Origin: Histomonas meleagridis 2922-C6/04-290x
Taxonomy: Eukaryota > Protista > Parabasalia
Assembly (NCBI GenBank): GCA_020184695.1
Contig: JAANOX010000108.1
Coordinates: 23,180 to 87,179, forward strand
Reading direction: 5' to 3'
Length of the DNA stretch: 64,000 bases
Shown here in pieces: positions 47,770 to 59,537 of this stretch. The notes beneath the pieces are model-generated. The model saw nothing but the letters and a program-made list of their open reading frames with translations. It did not search any database and was not told the DNA's origin. Each line of letters begins with the position of its first letter. The stretch's first letter is position 1. A program made the translations under genes and the position numbers.

Positions 47770-49326
47770 ATGGGGCTGTTTTTTGCTCTTCAAATTTTCT
47801 CGAACTGTATTTTTGTCCCCTATTCCAAAACAAGCACACCTAAATTTAAAAATTACACGGACATTGAATTTCAAGATGTAATCTCCCAAAATCCTGTTGT
47901 TTTAGCTTTAGTAATTGGCCCACATCCACACCCTCTATCAGAGCAAGCTCAATATTTATTTTCAAACTCACTTAATATTTTCTCTAAGCGTGCGTTGTTT
48001 ACTTTACTTATTTCTTCTGATGTTCCTCAACTTGTATCTACCTTTCAATATGAAAATCCTTTTCTCGTACTATTTCAATCGGGCAGAATATATAACTCAT
48101 GTGAATGTCCAACTAGTGAAGATGCATTTATGTTTCTACTTAACAATTGGCTTATTGAAAATCGTGGGCCTGTCAAAACTCTAAATGATTTAAGGGCAAC
48201 ATTATCTTCAACATTATACACACTCATAAGCAAAGAAAAATATGTTAATGATGCTAATTCTAATTTATATCTTGCACTTCCAGAAATTGGTTCGTGCGAA
48301 TTAATTACAGCTAAACCCGAACTTTTTGATGAACTTAATATGTCTAATGAAATGTTTTTGCTATTTCGTTCACAAGACCTTACAATTGTTCCTGTTCAAA
48401 ATAGTACATCTTCGATATTAGAAAAATCAATTCCATTATACAAAGAATTCACAAAATATGATATAATGCAAGAAAACATAACATTTGCTGCTATTTTTAG
48501 TCGAGGATTTGAAAAATCTTATCACGAAAATTTGTATCAATTATCAAATCTATTTCCAAAAATCAGGTTTGGAGTAGTTCCATATCATTTATATCCAACC
48601 GTGCAACACATTTTCCCTAACGATATTACTTTTCCTAACTTTTATGTTTTTAATCCAGATAATGGTTATTTCTATCCACACGACAAATTGTTTGATAACG
48701 TTGAATTCAGAAGCGATGAGTTCCTTGTCAAGGCTAAAGAATATATCAACGACATCATGACTGATAAAATTGCAAGACAATATTTCAGCGAGGAAATACC
48801 TGAAATTATCGAAAATGAAAGTGTCCAAAAAATTGTTGGGTTAACTTACAAAGATTTCATAGAAAACGAGAGCTACGATGCAGTCGTTCTCTACTCACCA
48901 GAATTTGGTCCAAAAGAAGTTTTCCAAATGTTTATCGAAACCGCCGATGAAGTGGCAAAAAGTGGCAACGATAAAATAAAGTTTGGAATTTTGGATCCGA
49001 TACGAAACGCTTCACCTTTAGGTTTTCCTGTTTTTGTTCAAAGGCCACACATCGAAATATTTCCAAGAGGATCTAAGAATAACTCAATGCCAATGCTATC
49101 CTTAATGAATCGAAATGGATTTTTGAGGTTTTTGAATGATTGCTCAACATCAAAAATTGATCTCGATATCCCTGAATTGACAAAGGAAGAGGCATTAAAG
49201 GAAACAGACGAACTAGCTCCGAAATATGAGTTACTACCAGAGAACATTAAACAGAAAATACAGAAATATGTGGAAACAAAATTGGAGAAATTAACAAATT
49301 TGAATCCTTTTGCTGTAATTTTGTAA
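47770..49326 (+). CDS. Secreted/ER thioredoxin-fold (PDI-like, no CxxC) protein
   Basis: Hydrophobic N-terminus; repeated Trx-like segments (VQKIVGLTYKDFI...DAVVLYS); 518-aa intact ORF. Confidence 0.5.
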   Translation: MGLFFALQIFSNCIFVPYSKTSTPKFKNYTDIEFQDVISQNPVVLALVIGPHPHPLSEQAQYLFSNSLNIFSKRALFTLLISSDVPQLVSTFQYENPFLVLFQSGRIYNSCECPTSEDAFMFLLNNWLIENRGPVKTLNDLRATLSSTLYTLISKEKYVNDANSNLYLALPEIGSCELITAKPELFDELNMSNEMFLLFRSQDLTIVPVQNSTSSILEKSIPLYKEFTKYDIMQENITFAAIFSRGFEKSYHENLYQLSNLFPKIRFGVVPYHLYPTVQHIFPNDITFPNFYVFNPDNGYFYPHDKLFDNVEFRSDEFLVKAKEYINDIMTDKIARQYFSEEIPEIIENESVQKIVGLTYKDFIENESYDAVVLYSPEFGPKEVFQMFIETADEVAKSGNDKIKFGILDPIRNASPLGFPVFVQRPHIEIFPRGSKNNSMPMLSLMNRNGFLRFLNDCSTSKIDLDIPELTKEEALKETDELAPKYELLPENIKQKIQKYVETKLEKLTNLNPFAVIL

Positions 49327-50321
49327 AAATTCATTTGTAAGTGATTACTTATATATAAATTTTCTAATTGAGGGTGTAGTTCTGGAAATTTGGCAAAAGC
49401 ATCAAATCATTTGATGAAAAAAAAAGAAATCAAATAAATATCTATATCATTTATATCAAATTTCCCATGCTCAAGAAGTAATTTCACGATTTCAGTATGA
49501 CCTTGTGAAGATGCTTTCATAAGTGCTGTTTCAAATAATTTAGATAATTTTCAAAAACTATTTTGAAATTTTAAATTATTAAAATAAATTTTAGATTAAA
49601 CAAATAAATATTTCTACCATTAATATCAATTCATTCCTGTTCAAGAAAGTATTTTACAATTTCAACATTACCTGATTTTGTAGAGTATATTAAAAAATTT
49701 GTATTTTGATTATTTATATGAAGATATTTAATAAGGAATAAATTTCCTATTTTTATTTCTTTTACAATATTTTTATCATCATATTGGATTCCTTCTCCTT
49801 CCAAAAATAATAAAAGTTCGTAATTACCACTAGTAATAGAGATTTTTTGTAAATAATTAAGCATTTTTTTCTCAGCTTGGATTGATTTATCAATAATTTT
49901 GTTTTCATAAAGATATTTAAATATATCATTTTGATGATATTTAATTGCAGTTTTATCTACATCTTCTAATGATGAATGATTTTGTTCACAAAAATGAAAT
50001 ATTTCTAGATGGCTCAATAATTTTATTAAAATCAAAGTTTGTTTGTGATGACATTTCTTGAAGTTTTTCGATTTCATCATTACGAATGATTTTTGCAATT
50101 TCATTCGGATTATGTCCTTCTTTAACATATTGTTTATGGAGTTCAAAATCATTCTTTGATAGTTTTTCATAATTTTTAATAAAAGCATTATTAAATATAT
50201 TATATGGATACATTCTTTTATTTTCCTCTTCTGATTTATAGTGTGCAAAATATTTTGTTCCCATATTTTTGATGATGTTTTTATCTATTAAATTTTCTGT
50301 AATCATTTCATTAATAATATA

Positions 50322-51618
50322 GGGTGTCCAACCCCAAGTGTAGCATCTCATTATACAAATAAAATTTAAATGAACTAAAATAATGATTAGAATGTTTACT
50401 TGATATACTCTCCTTTGGTATGTATTACTTGTTCCAATCTCCTTTCCCATTCTTCGAAAACCCGTTTTAACATATCGGTTGGAATTTGTTGTAAAATATC
50501 AGTTATACATTTTTTTACCTCCTTTCTTGATTCGTATAACTGACCTTCCATTTTATTTTTGATATAGCCAAATAGGAAGGAGTCTGATGGTGCTATATCT
50601 GGTGAATAAGGAGGATGAGGTGCTCTTTTAAGACCTTTAATATTCATTATATTAGTTGTGTGCTTCGATATGTGAGGACGTGCATTATCGGCATGGACGG
50701 TTAATCTTCTTCCTTCATTATCTAGATATCCCCCATTTAATTTTGAAAGTTCCTTAATAATATTATTTGCATAATACTTCGAATTAAATGTTTCGCCTTT
50801 TGGAAGAAAGTTAATAACCTTTATTCCGCTTGGATTCCAAAAAGTTGTCAGCATAATTTTTTTATCTGTTAAAACCTTACCTGGACGTGTTTGAGGCTGA
50901 CTTCCGATGGGTATCCATTGTTGAAATAGATAATATGAATATTCAAACCAAGATTCGTCTCCTGTAACGAAATATATATAATTGTTATGTTTGGCTGAAT
51001 TCAGAATCTTAAAAAATGCCTTTGAGATTGTTACTTTTCGAATTTATTGTTTTTCTGAGAGACTGTGGGGAACCCACTTTAAATGCATGCTTACATAAAA
51101 AAGCATATTTGTTAAATGATAATATACCGTACTTTTTGGAATCCTCGTAGTGTTAGCTATATAACGAACAGATGCAAATGGCTCTTCATCAAGTACATAC
51201 AAAATTTTTTCATTAATGATTTTGTGTTCATCGAAATTTGCATTTGAAGTTTCCTTGTTAACGGTTTTTGATGTTTTGCAATTTCTAATATATTTTGTAA
51301 TTGTTGAATATGAAATACATTGATCTTGAAGAGTCAATTTCATTTCTGTATATATTGATTTTTTTTTTTTTTTTTGTAAGTGTAAGAAAATCGCAATTGA
51401 TTTCTGATCGAGTTCCATTTTGAACTTTTTGAGTATTTTAAACGTATATTTTTTCCAATTTTCTATCAAAAACATTCAAATATCTCATTATATCTAATTT
51501 TTTATGAAACTTCATATTTATAAACAATAAAATGTTATATTCATATATTATTTATATATATTTATTAATGATTATATATGCTCACATATGGAGATGCTAC
51601 ACTTAGGGTTGGACACCC
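50322..51618 (-). mobile_element. mariner (DD34D) transposon, 1297 bp, 28-bp TIRs, TA duplication
   Basis: TA|GGGTGTCCAACCC(C/T)AAGTGTAGCATCTC at both ends (1 mismatch); transposase WVPHSL, VTGDESWF, HADNARPH, PYSPDIAPSD. Confidence 0.95.
50396..51475 (-). pseudogene. mariner transposase with a single in-frame TAA at 51044-51046
   Basis: ORFs 51044-51475 and 50396-50854 are in the same frame and the intervening region is open (IRKVTISKAFFKILNSAKHNNYIYFVTGDESWF). Confidence 0.9.
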
Positions 51619-52134
51619 TATTTAATATGCTTCTTGCTTTTCCATTTTCGATATGTAATTTGAAAAAATTGGAATGATCTTAGGTATATTTTCATTTATT
51701 TCTTCTTCTTTCATTTGAATAAATTGTAAAAATTTTAAGTATATATCAAATCCATTCTTTCTTGGACAGAATACAAAATAAATCAAATTACAAATGACAA
51801 TATTAATATATGGTAGGTATATAATGCGCCTGAATTTGTGGATTCTCAAAATCCTAGATATATAGTAGTACAACAATGTAAGTGTAAATTTAAGGAATAT
51901 TTAGTATCTGATGTTTCAATGCATGCTGATTTCATTGAACGTGACCATTATGAAGATTATTTTTGTATTTATACGAATGAAAATAGAACTAAATATAAGA
52001 AATATGAATATAAAAGTAGAAAACCAAATTTTAAAAATATGGTTTAAAGAAATGAACGGTAAAGAAATTGAACCAGAATATTTTATGTTAGAATTATTAT
52101 TAATTTATTAAATAAAAAAATCATTTTTTTATCA

Positions 52135-54028
52135 ATGTTTACTATTGAGAATGCTATGAAAGGTATAAAAAAACTAATGTTGTTGAAGCTTCTGAAATTA
52201 TTGGAAAAATATTCTACCAAAAGTCATACTCATAATACAATAAATAATGATTTAACAGTAAATGGGAATGTACAAGTTACTTCATTAAATGGTTTTCAAT
52301 TGGCAACTTCAGGAGGTGGTAAATGGGATACAAAATTATATGTACCATCTATTATTACATTAAAAGAAGATGGTGTTGTAGAAGTTGGTCAATATATTGA
52401 TATGCATAATAATGCAGATTATGATAAAGATAATACATGGAGAATAACTGCTAATACTAATTCATTAGATTTTTAAATCAAAAACTGGTTCATTATTAAG
52501 TTTTTGGAAGTAATGGTAATATTAAATGTGCAACTATTAATAATGTAGATATAACTAAAATATCTTCAAATGATCATAATCATGATGAGATTTATGCTAA
52601 AAAAGATCATGAACATACAAACTATGCTTCAACAGAACATACTCATAGCTATAACGATTTAAATGATAAACCTGAAACATTTCCACTTTTAGACCATACA
52701 CATAGTTATAATGATTTAACAGATATTCCTCCAGTAGAAGCACACATGCATAGTTGGGGTGATTTATATGGCATACCTGATGCATTTGTTCCTGTAGAAC
52801 ATTATCATGATACTAGATATGCATTGATTGATCATACACATCCTGAGTATGCTTCAAAAGATCATAATCATGATACAAAATATGCTGCATCAAATCATAC
52901 ACATAGTTATAATGATTTAACAGATATTCCTATAGGTTCAAATACAGAAGATATCCATTGTTCAACAATTAATGGTTTTGCTTTAGATTCATCTCCTGCA
53001 GATTCAAATTTAAATATTGATGTTCCTTCAATTGCAGTTATTAAAAAAGATGGTGTTTTAGAAACAGGTCCTTATATAGATATGCATACTAGTGATGGAT
53101 ATGAAAATGATTATAGTTTTAGAATACAATGTAAAGGGAATGTTATGGAATTTATACCAACACTAAAAAAGGTTGCAAATGGTTTTTTTATTACTCAGCA
53201 TCTTTTTGATTCATTAGGTTGTACTAACTTAAATTGCTCTAAAAATTATGTACTCTGTAAACAACTAATGGTATTGATAATATAGGAAATATAAAATCCA
53301 AAACTGGTCAATTCGATAGTTTAGAATCTACTAAATTAACATTATTTCACAGTATAATTGAAGAATCAGGTAATACATATCAATTATTATGGAGAATTTA
53401 TGGATGTACACTCACTGCAGATAAAAAATATGGAAGATTATATTTTGAATCTGTAACACAAAAGAAACAAGATAATGGTACCTTTTCTGATACATATAGT
53501 AAAATATATTATATTGCAACTACATTTAATACATTCGAAGGAACTGGAGGTCTTGAACAAATAAATACAACTATTATTCATAATGCTCCTGTTTCAGAAG
53601 ACTTATCGCAATTTCAAATTGGTTCACCAGTATTTTGTACAGGTAATGTTTTATCATTAAAAGAAAATGGTATATATACTTCAAATACATCTACAACAGA
53701 TTGTATACCATCAGTTAAAACATCAGGTACATATAAAGAATATTTAGGTATATGTGTATCTAAAAATGAAAAAGGTTACAAAGCATCAATAGGTGTTTTA
53801 ATTAAAAGAGAAGTAGAAATTTTACAAGATACTATTGATTTTGCAACACATGGAGATTTTTATTTTAGAGTAAATAATACTGCAGATTATGAAATTGGTG
53901 ATGTAGTATTATTTGATGGTAATAAATTATCAGATGATTTAGTAATAACTACTAAAATATTAAATTCAATAGTTGGTAAAGTAACAGGTAAAATAGATGA
54001 ACATTTATTAAGTGTATTTAAAGGATAA
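52135..54028 (+). pseudogene. Phage-like tail-fibre/spike protein (frameshifted) with HxH repeats and duplicated GVxExGxYIDMH module
   Basis: HTH/HNH/HEH repeats (HTHSYNDLTDIP x2-3), two DGVxExGxYIDMH modules, open C-terminal frame ~53260-54028 (TTDCIPSVK, IDFATHGDFYFRV). Confidence 0.65.
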
Positions 54029-54060
54029 AAAAAATATTTTATTTCATTTTATTTTTTTAT

Positions 54061-55576
54061 ATGGATCCAGTTTATAAAAGAAAGAGAGAAATACAAGATT
54101 CATTCGAAAAATTGATTAAAAATGAATTAAATAATGAAAATTCACAATTAAAAGGTAATTTGAGTCTTCAAAATTTTATTAATTTTTTGAATGAAAAATA
54201 TAATAGGGAGTTTAATTTTACACCTGAATTTAATACTGGTACAAAGCCATTAGTTGAAACATACAACAATTTAGTTAATTATTATATAGATGTGAGCTTA
54301 GAAAGAACAACAGATGATCAATTTAAAAATAAACAATTTGACGATTATAAGCAATTTGAATATAATTTTATTAAACTTTTTATCAATACTGAAAAAATTA
54401 CACCTATTAATGGAAAAATTGGAAGAAAAACAATTCCAGAGCATCATGAATATTATATTAGAACGATTATCAAAAAATTGAATGAGATGTTTGCACGCAA
54501 AGTTTTTGAAGCTAAAAAAAAGCCTCTCAAATTTAATAAATATTGTGAAGAATTAAGGAAATATTTATATGGTATTGAAATAATTGATAATAAAATTGGG
54601 AACGTATTTACATTCGATTCTGCTTATAGTAATTATTTGTTACAATATTTTAGTAAATTTCCTTATGACAATATATATAGAAATTATAATATTTATGAAG
54701 ATTCTAAGAATTCACCTTATATTAACACAGGTTTCAAATCTCGTTCGAAAAACAAATATTTATTTGATAACTATTTACTTCCATATCATATTGATTATTC
54801 AAAATTAGATCCACAATTTAAACCTAATATAAATTATTTTCCTTATAAAAGAAATAAAAAATATCAACTAAAATATATTGGTAATAATGGTGAATATCAA
54901 ATGGATTTATTTTTTTCTGGTTATGATGAAACCACTAAAACAGAAACAAAATATTGTTATTTATTAGCAGTTGAAATTAGGTCTAGATTTTTATATTTTA
55001 TGCCTATACTAATACAAAAAAACAAATGATAAAAATAACTACAAAGAAATCAATAGAATCTATAGCTAAAGCTTTATTTATTTTATATAATGCAGGATTT
55101 AATCCTAAAATTATACATTGTGATTCTGAAAAATCATTTTTATCGAAACCTTTACAATATATAGCAGCACATTTATCTGGTGTAAAAAAATAAAAAAAAA
55201 AAAAAAAAAAATTTTAAAAGATAAATCTTATCCTATTCATACTTCTTTAGCTATAATAAATAGAATTTGTAGAACCATTAGAGATATGGCTGATAATATG
55301 GGTTTAAAAGAAATAGATCCATATCATATGAAGAAAATTGTTAATAATTATAATAATTCTTATCATAAAACATTAAGTCAATTAAATCACAAAAAAATTT
55401 CACCAATAGAAGCTTTTAATCAAGGAAAATCTTTTGGTTTCAAGTTACATAAATTAAATGATAAAATTATAAATCAAGAAGGATTTTATTTACCTCCTGG
55501 TACAACAGTAACACAAATGTCAGTACCAAGATATTTATTAAATCCTGTGCCTTATCCTATTAATCTTAATAAATAA
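54061..55576 (+). pseudogene. Retroviral-like (c-int/rve) integrase with long N-terminal extension, frameshifted
   Basis: GEYQMDLFF, YLLAVEIRSRF, IIHCDSEKSF, HTSLAIINRICRTIRD, NNYNNSYHKTL, ISPIEAF. Confidence 0.8.
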
Positions 55577-55844
55577 ATACTTTTTCTAATGATATATTAA
55601 ATTCATCCATCAATGTGTAATATTCTTTATTATATTGAGAACTAAAATCATAACCATTAATCTTAATTGAATTAACTTTTTTAATTGGATTTACATGTTT
55701 TAAACATCCAGGTTCAGGATCTTCATAACTTAATCTAACTTGATTAAAATCAATTTCTAAAATTAAACTTATAGCTTGTACTAAATCATTAGCATTAATA
55801 ATAATTTTTCCACTATTATCAATTAAATTTGCTATTAATTTCAT
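55566..55844 (-). CDS. Small hypothetical protein of the viral element
   Basis: Intact 92-aa ORF in the viral gene block. Confidence 0.55.
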   Translation of the reverse strand: MKLIANLIDNSGKIIINANDLVQAISLILEIDFNQVRLSYEDPEPGCLKHVNPIKKVNSIKINGYDFSSQYNKEYYTLMDEFNISLEKVFIY

Positions 55845-56099
55845 ATTATTTGTTTTTAATATCGCACTAAATGTTAAAGCTATATGTTTATATAAAGCAC
55901 TAGCATTATCAGTATTAAGTTCAGTTTCTCTTGTAATTATTTTTTTGGTGTTTCTTCATTAACTTCAGGATAATGTGCTGGTGTTTCACTATTGTTATTA
56001 TTAATAATAACTTTACAATTAGCACTAGAACTATTATGTTCAGTATTATTCTTCCCTACATGGGGTGAGAAATCACTTATTTTAATCATAAAAAATGAT

Positions 56100-57599
56100 G
56101 ATTTTAAAAAAAAATTTTCTTTATTTAGAAACCGCGATCACTGTCAATATATGTATATAATGATGTTTTAACATCTGCAAATTTATTCTTATCTAGTAAA
56201 ATTTCAGAAAATGCTTGCTTTGAAGCGCTTGTCCAATAGTTTTCTCCTGTATCTTCTCTAATATATTTCTTAGCTGTTTTCTCATCTTTAATATTTTGAC
56301 CTGCAAATAACTTCTTCATTCTTGTTTTTTTATAATGTCATTATAAAATTTAGCAGATACACTAAGTATTGGAAAACATTCCTTTAATCATAGCTAACTT
56401 TACAGGAAGTTGTTCATCATCAGCATTATTCTTTTTGATAATCTTTAAGATAATCATTATAAATTGGCTTAATAACATATCTAGTAAACACTTGATTTGC
56501 TGTTCTCCTTCTTGGTTTGTGTGTTTTTATAAACATCTCTAACACCTGTATCTTGATAATACTTTAAATTAAATTTATCAACAGTATCCATAATTTGTCT
56601 ACCTTCTGGGGTAGGTTCTACCCTAGGATCATCAAATGGCTTATTATCATCATATGAAACTTTTCTTATATATTTATCCATAAATTCATCGAAATCCTCT
56701 ATATGTTGACCTTTTGCTCTCAAAAGTTCTCTATTTTGTGGACTACCATATTTTTTTTTTTTTTTTCTTATATATTGACTTTCATAGGGGTCATGTTGTT
56801 TAACTGTCCATCCATTTACAAATTTTGCTCTTTTATGTTGATCTGCAACTATAACATCTGGAATACCATCCTTATTTATATCTTCTTCAATTGCAGTCCA
56901 ATGATATCTTGGATCCTTTTTATCTTTATTATGTTTTTCAACTAATGCTCTTGCTCCTTCTATTGTTTGAAGCTCTCTAATTTTTTTAACATCTTTCTTT
57001 AAATCAAGAATAAGATGTGCTAATGTATCCATATTTTCATCCAATATAACATTACTTCCTCCAGTATATTTATATTTATTCTTATCTTCTATAAAATCAT
57101 ACATTTTACCACCAGGAGTTCTAATGTGATATTCAGGAGGTCTTGGAGGTGGTGGTAAACTTTTGGTATTTGTTCTTCTTTTTTGATATTTTCCGTCCAC
57201 TTTTTCATAACCCAATGGTGGAATTTCGTTAGACAAAATTGGTTTAATGTCGTCGATAGTTATTGTTGGCTGCACTGATGAAAAATGATCTTCATATTCT
57301 GTTTCTTCCAAAGCATCATCCTTTAGAACTTCTGGATGAAATGGAGCTAGTTCGTCAAAAAACGGATGTTGAATATTTTGTAAATACGTCAATATATTGT
57401 CCCATAAAGTATTCTGAGCTATATTGGTTGCTTTTAATGTTCGCCATATTTTTATTTGATTATTGAGATCATTTATAGTTTTATTGGTTTGATTATTTCT
57501 CCATTGTTTTAATTTTTCAATAGCGGCACTCATATCGACCCCAAGCACATTGAGATAAGTAGCTATTTCATTATCTATACCCTGTTGGCCTTTTAACAT
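56100..57599 (-). pseudogene. Viral-element hypothetical protein (frameshifted ~56480) with Pro-rich linker and DINKDGIPD Ca-binding-like loop
   Basis: ORF 56481-57599 plus continuation 56125-56319; PPPPRPP; EEDINKDGIPDVIV. Confidence 0.55.
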
Positions 57600-57630
57600 T
57601 AAAAAAAAATGAATTTTAATTTTTCATTTT

Positions 57631-58462
57631 TTATTCAATTTTTATTTTTTGATTATTCACGTCGACGATCATTTTTTGATGTCCTGTCAGTTTTTGATAA
57701 ACTGAATAAATTCGATCTTTAGTATAAGGCAATGGTATTTGAGCTATCATATAACTTAATTGTTGTTTAGAGAAATTAGGAAATATAAATATAGTACTTA
57801 CATTAGCTTTAACTTCAGCAGGTAAAGATTTCCAAAATTGAACAGCGAAAAAAATACAGAACATTGAATATGAGCTAATTTAGTAAATAATTGATTAAAA
57901 TAATTAGTAGGTTTTTTAAATAAAGGACTATTAGCACAATCTTCAAAAAATATTATAGTATGTAAAGTTAAATTATTATAATTATTAATATATAATTTTT
58001 CAAATAATTCATTTATTTGCTTATCTACTATTTTATTTTCCCAATGATTATTTTTAATTTCATTATAAAATTGTTTCCATTTTAATATATCTTTAACTAT
58101 TTCTTCTGCTTGATTTTCAGCTACATATAAAATTGGGATTCTTTAATTAAAGGTTTTAATGATTCAAATGTAGGATCATTTTTTTTTTTTTTTTTATTAT
58201 TATAAATTAATAAATGAGTTCTAGGTTTAATATTACTAATTTTAATAATTTCTCTAATTATACATTGAGTTTTCCCACTTCTTTGTCTACCTACTGCTAT
58301 ATCTAAAGAATTATAAGGTACATTCACTTCTGGATGAATTTCACTTATTAATTCTTCATTTAATTTAAATTTATTTTTATATAAACAATAATCAATCATA
58401 TTATCTATGACATCAATATTAATATCGTTTTCCATAAAATAAAATAATTTCATAAAAAGCAT
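57631..58462 (-). pseudogene. A32/FtsK-HerA-type DNA packaging ATPase, frameshifted
   Basis: Walker A GRQRSGKT, Walker B IIFFED (~57940-57960, not in the ORF track), FAVQ and VKANV downstream motifs. Confidence 0.82.
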
Positions 58463-58463
58463 T

Positions 58464-58847
58464 TTGTCACTTCATTATTTTTTAATGGAAGCTCTTTATA
58501 CATGCTTTGCACAAGAATTTAAAGATTGTGATTTTAGTGCTATAAATATTAAACCTTCCTTTTCTATTGTAAAAAATAAAAATGTAATAACAGTAACTGT
58601 AACTGTGTATAATAAATATCATAATTTATTAAGAAAACAAATTTATAAATTTATAGATGAAAAATATCATCCTACTATAAAGAATCCTTTACAAAATATA
58701 ACACCAGAACAATTAGATCAAGCTTATCAGATATCTAAAATGGAATTATTAAATCAAATATTTAATGATGATTTTAATAAATATAATGCTTATGTAAATA
58801 AATTAAATGTTTTACAAAATTATGCTAACTCAATAATGCCTCAATAA
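58464..58847 (+). CDS. Viral-element hypothetical protein (probable ATG at MEALYTCF)
   Basis: Intact ORF preceded by tandem Inr TCACTTCATT. Confidence 0.6.
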   Translation: MSLHYFLMEALYTCFAQEFKDCDFSAINIKPSFSIVKNKNVITVTVTVYNKYHNLLRKQIYKFIDEKYHPTIKNPLQNITPEQLDQAYQISKMELLNQIFNDDFNKYNAYVNKLNVLQNYANSIMPQ

Positions 58848-59236
58848 TTTTTCGTAATTTTTATGGATAGGAGATCAGTGTTAAAAAAATGAATTGATTT
58901 TGATCGTATTTTCCCACTTTTGAATTAACGATAGATTCAATTTTTACAGTTATGTACTAACTTAAGATATAAATTAATTTTCGAGATCATGGGATACGAT
59001 CAGTAAACTATTTAAACAAAAAAATATTTGATAGTACAGTCTTTATTCAGTTCAAAAAGTCATTGTGATCAAAACTTTCATACAACAACATAATCGTTAT
59101 TCAATTTTATGATCGTATATTTCTTAATTGCTAACCGAAGTACTTAATATTTGAAAGGGTTTTGTTTCAAAATAATAAAAAATATATCAAAAAGTTTAAC
59201 TGTATTGGAATATTCAGAATCACCTCACAGCTAAAA

Positions 59237-59458
59237 ATGGAATATCCAGTTTAAAGCATCTCTGCGCCACGCATTCAGAATGGGGTGGTGTCTTTCCTGG
59301 TGCATTGGGGCACAGGAGAGTTCACTAGAGAACCCCTGGAATGCTTAGTACCAGGAAGTCTTGATCTTCTTTATGATTGGATCAAGAAACATGAACCGTA
59401 TTTAAAATCGGAGATGGTTCATACGATGTATGAACAAATTGAAGAAGCACTCAATTAA
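59237..59458 (+). pseudogene. Chromodomain remnant
   Basis: Frame not in the track: MEYPV*SISAPRIQNGVVSFLVHWGTGEFTREPLECL..., matching the chromodomain pattern EYxVExI...NG..YLVKW.G..xTWEPxENL; locally higher GC. Confidence 0.6.
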
Positions 59459-59537
59459 AATTGAGTAAATAAAAAAAATACTTCTAATTTTTTTTTAATA
59501 TAAATAAAATTGAGATCTAATTTTAAATAATTTTTAT

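Larger units (their letters stand above)
49430..51876 (-). pseudogene. DUF3447-ankyrin gene split by a mariner insertion, with a 68-nt spacer-interrupted ankyrin
   Basis: YLKFLQFI...KQEAY (51622-51820) joins IINEMITENLIDK (50320 downward), collinear with paralogue QESCYLLAEMIEDNLLDK; spacer 49536-49603 lies between NGRNIY and FETALMKASSQGHTEIVKLLL. Confidence 0.85.

Noticed and set aside
2119-49334. Short antisense or overlapping ORFs in the track (e.g. 2119-2361, 7436-7777, 18017-18304, 25795-26034, 36770-37042, 44788-45123, 49038-49334)
   Set aside because: Shadow frames of well-supported genes with no independent motifs.
51864-51869. AGTAGT as Polinton left terminus
   Set aside because: A 6-mer inside an ORF-like stretch, with no TIR or TSD partner in the window.
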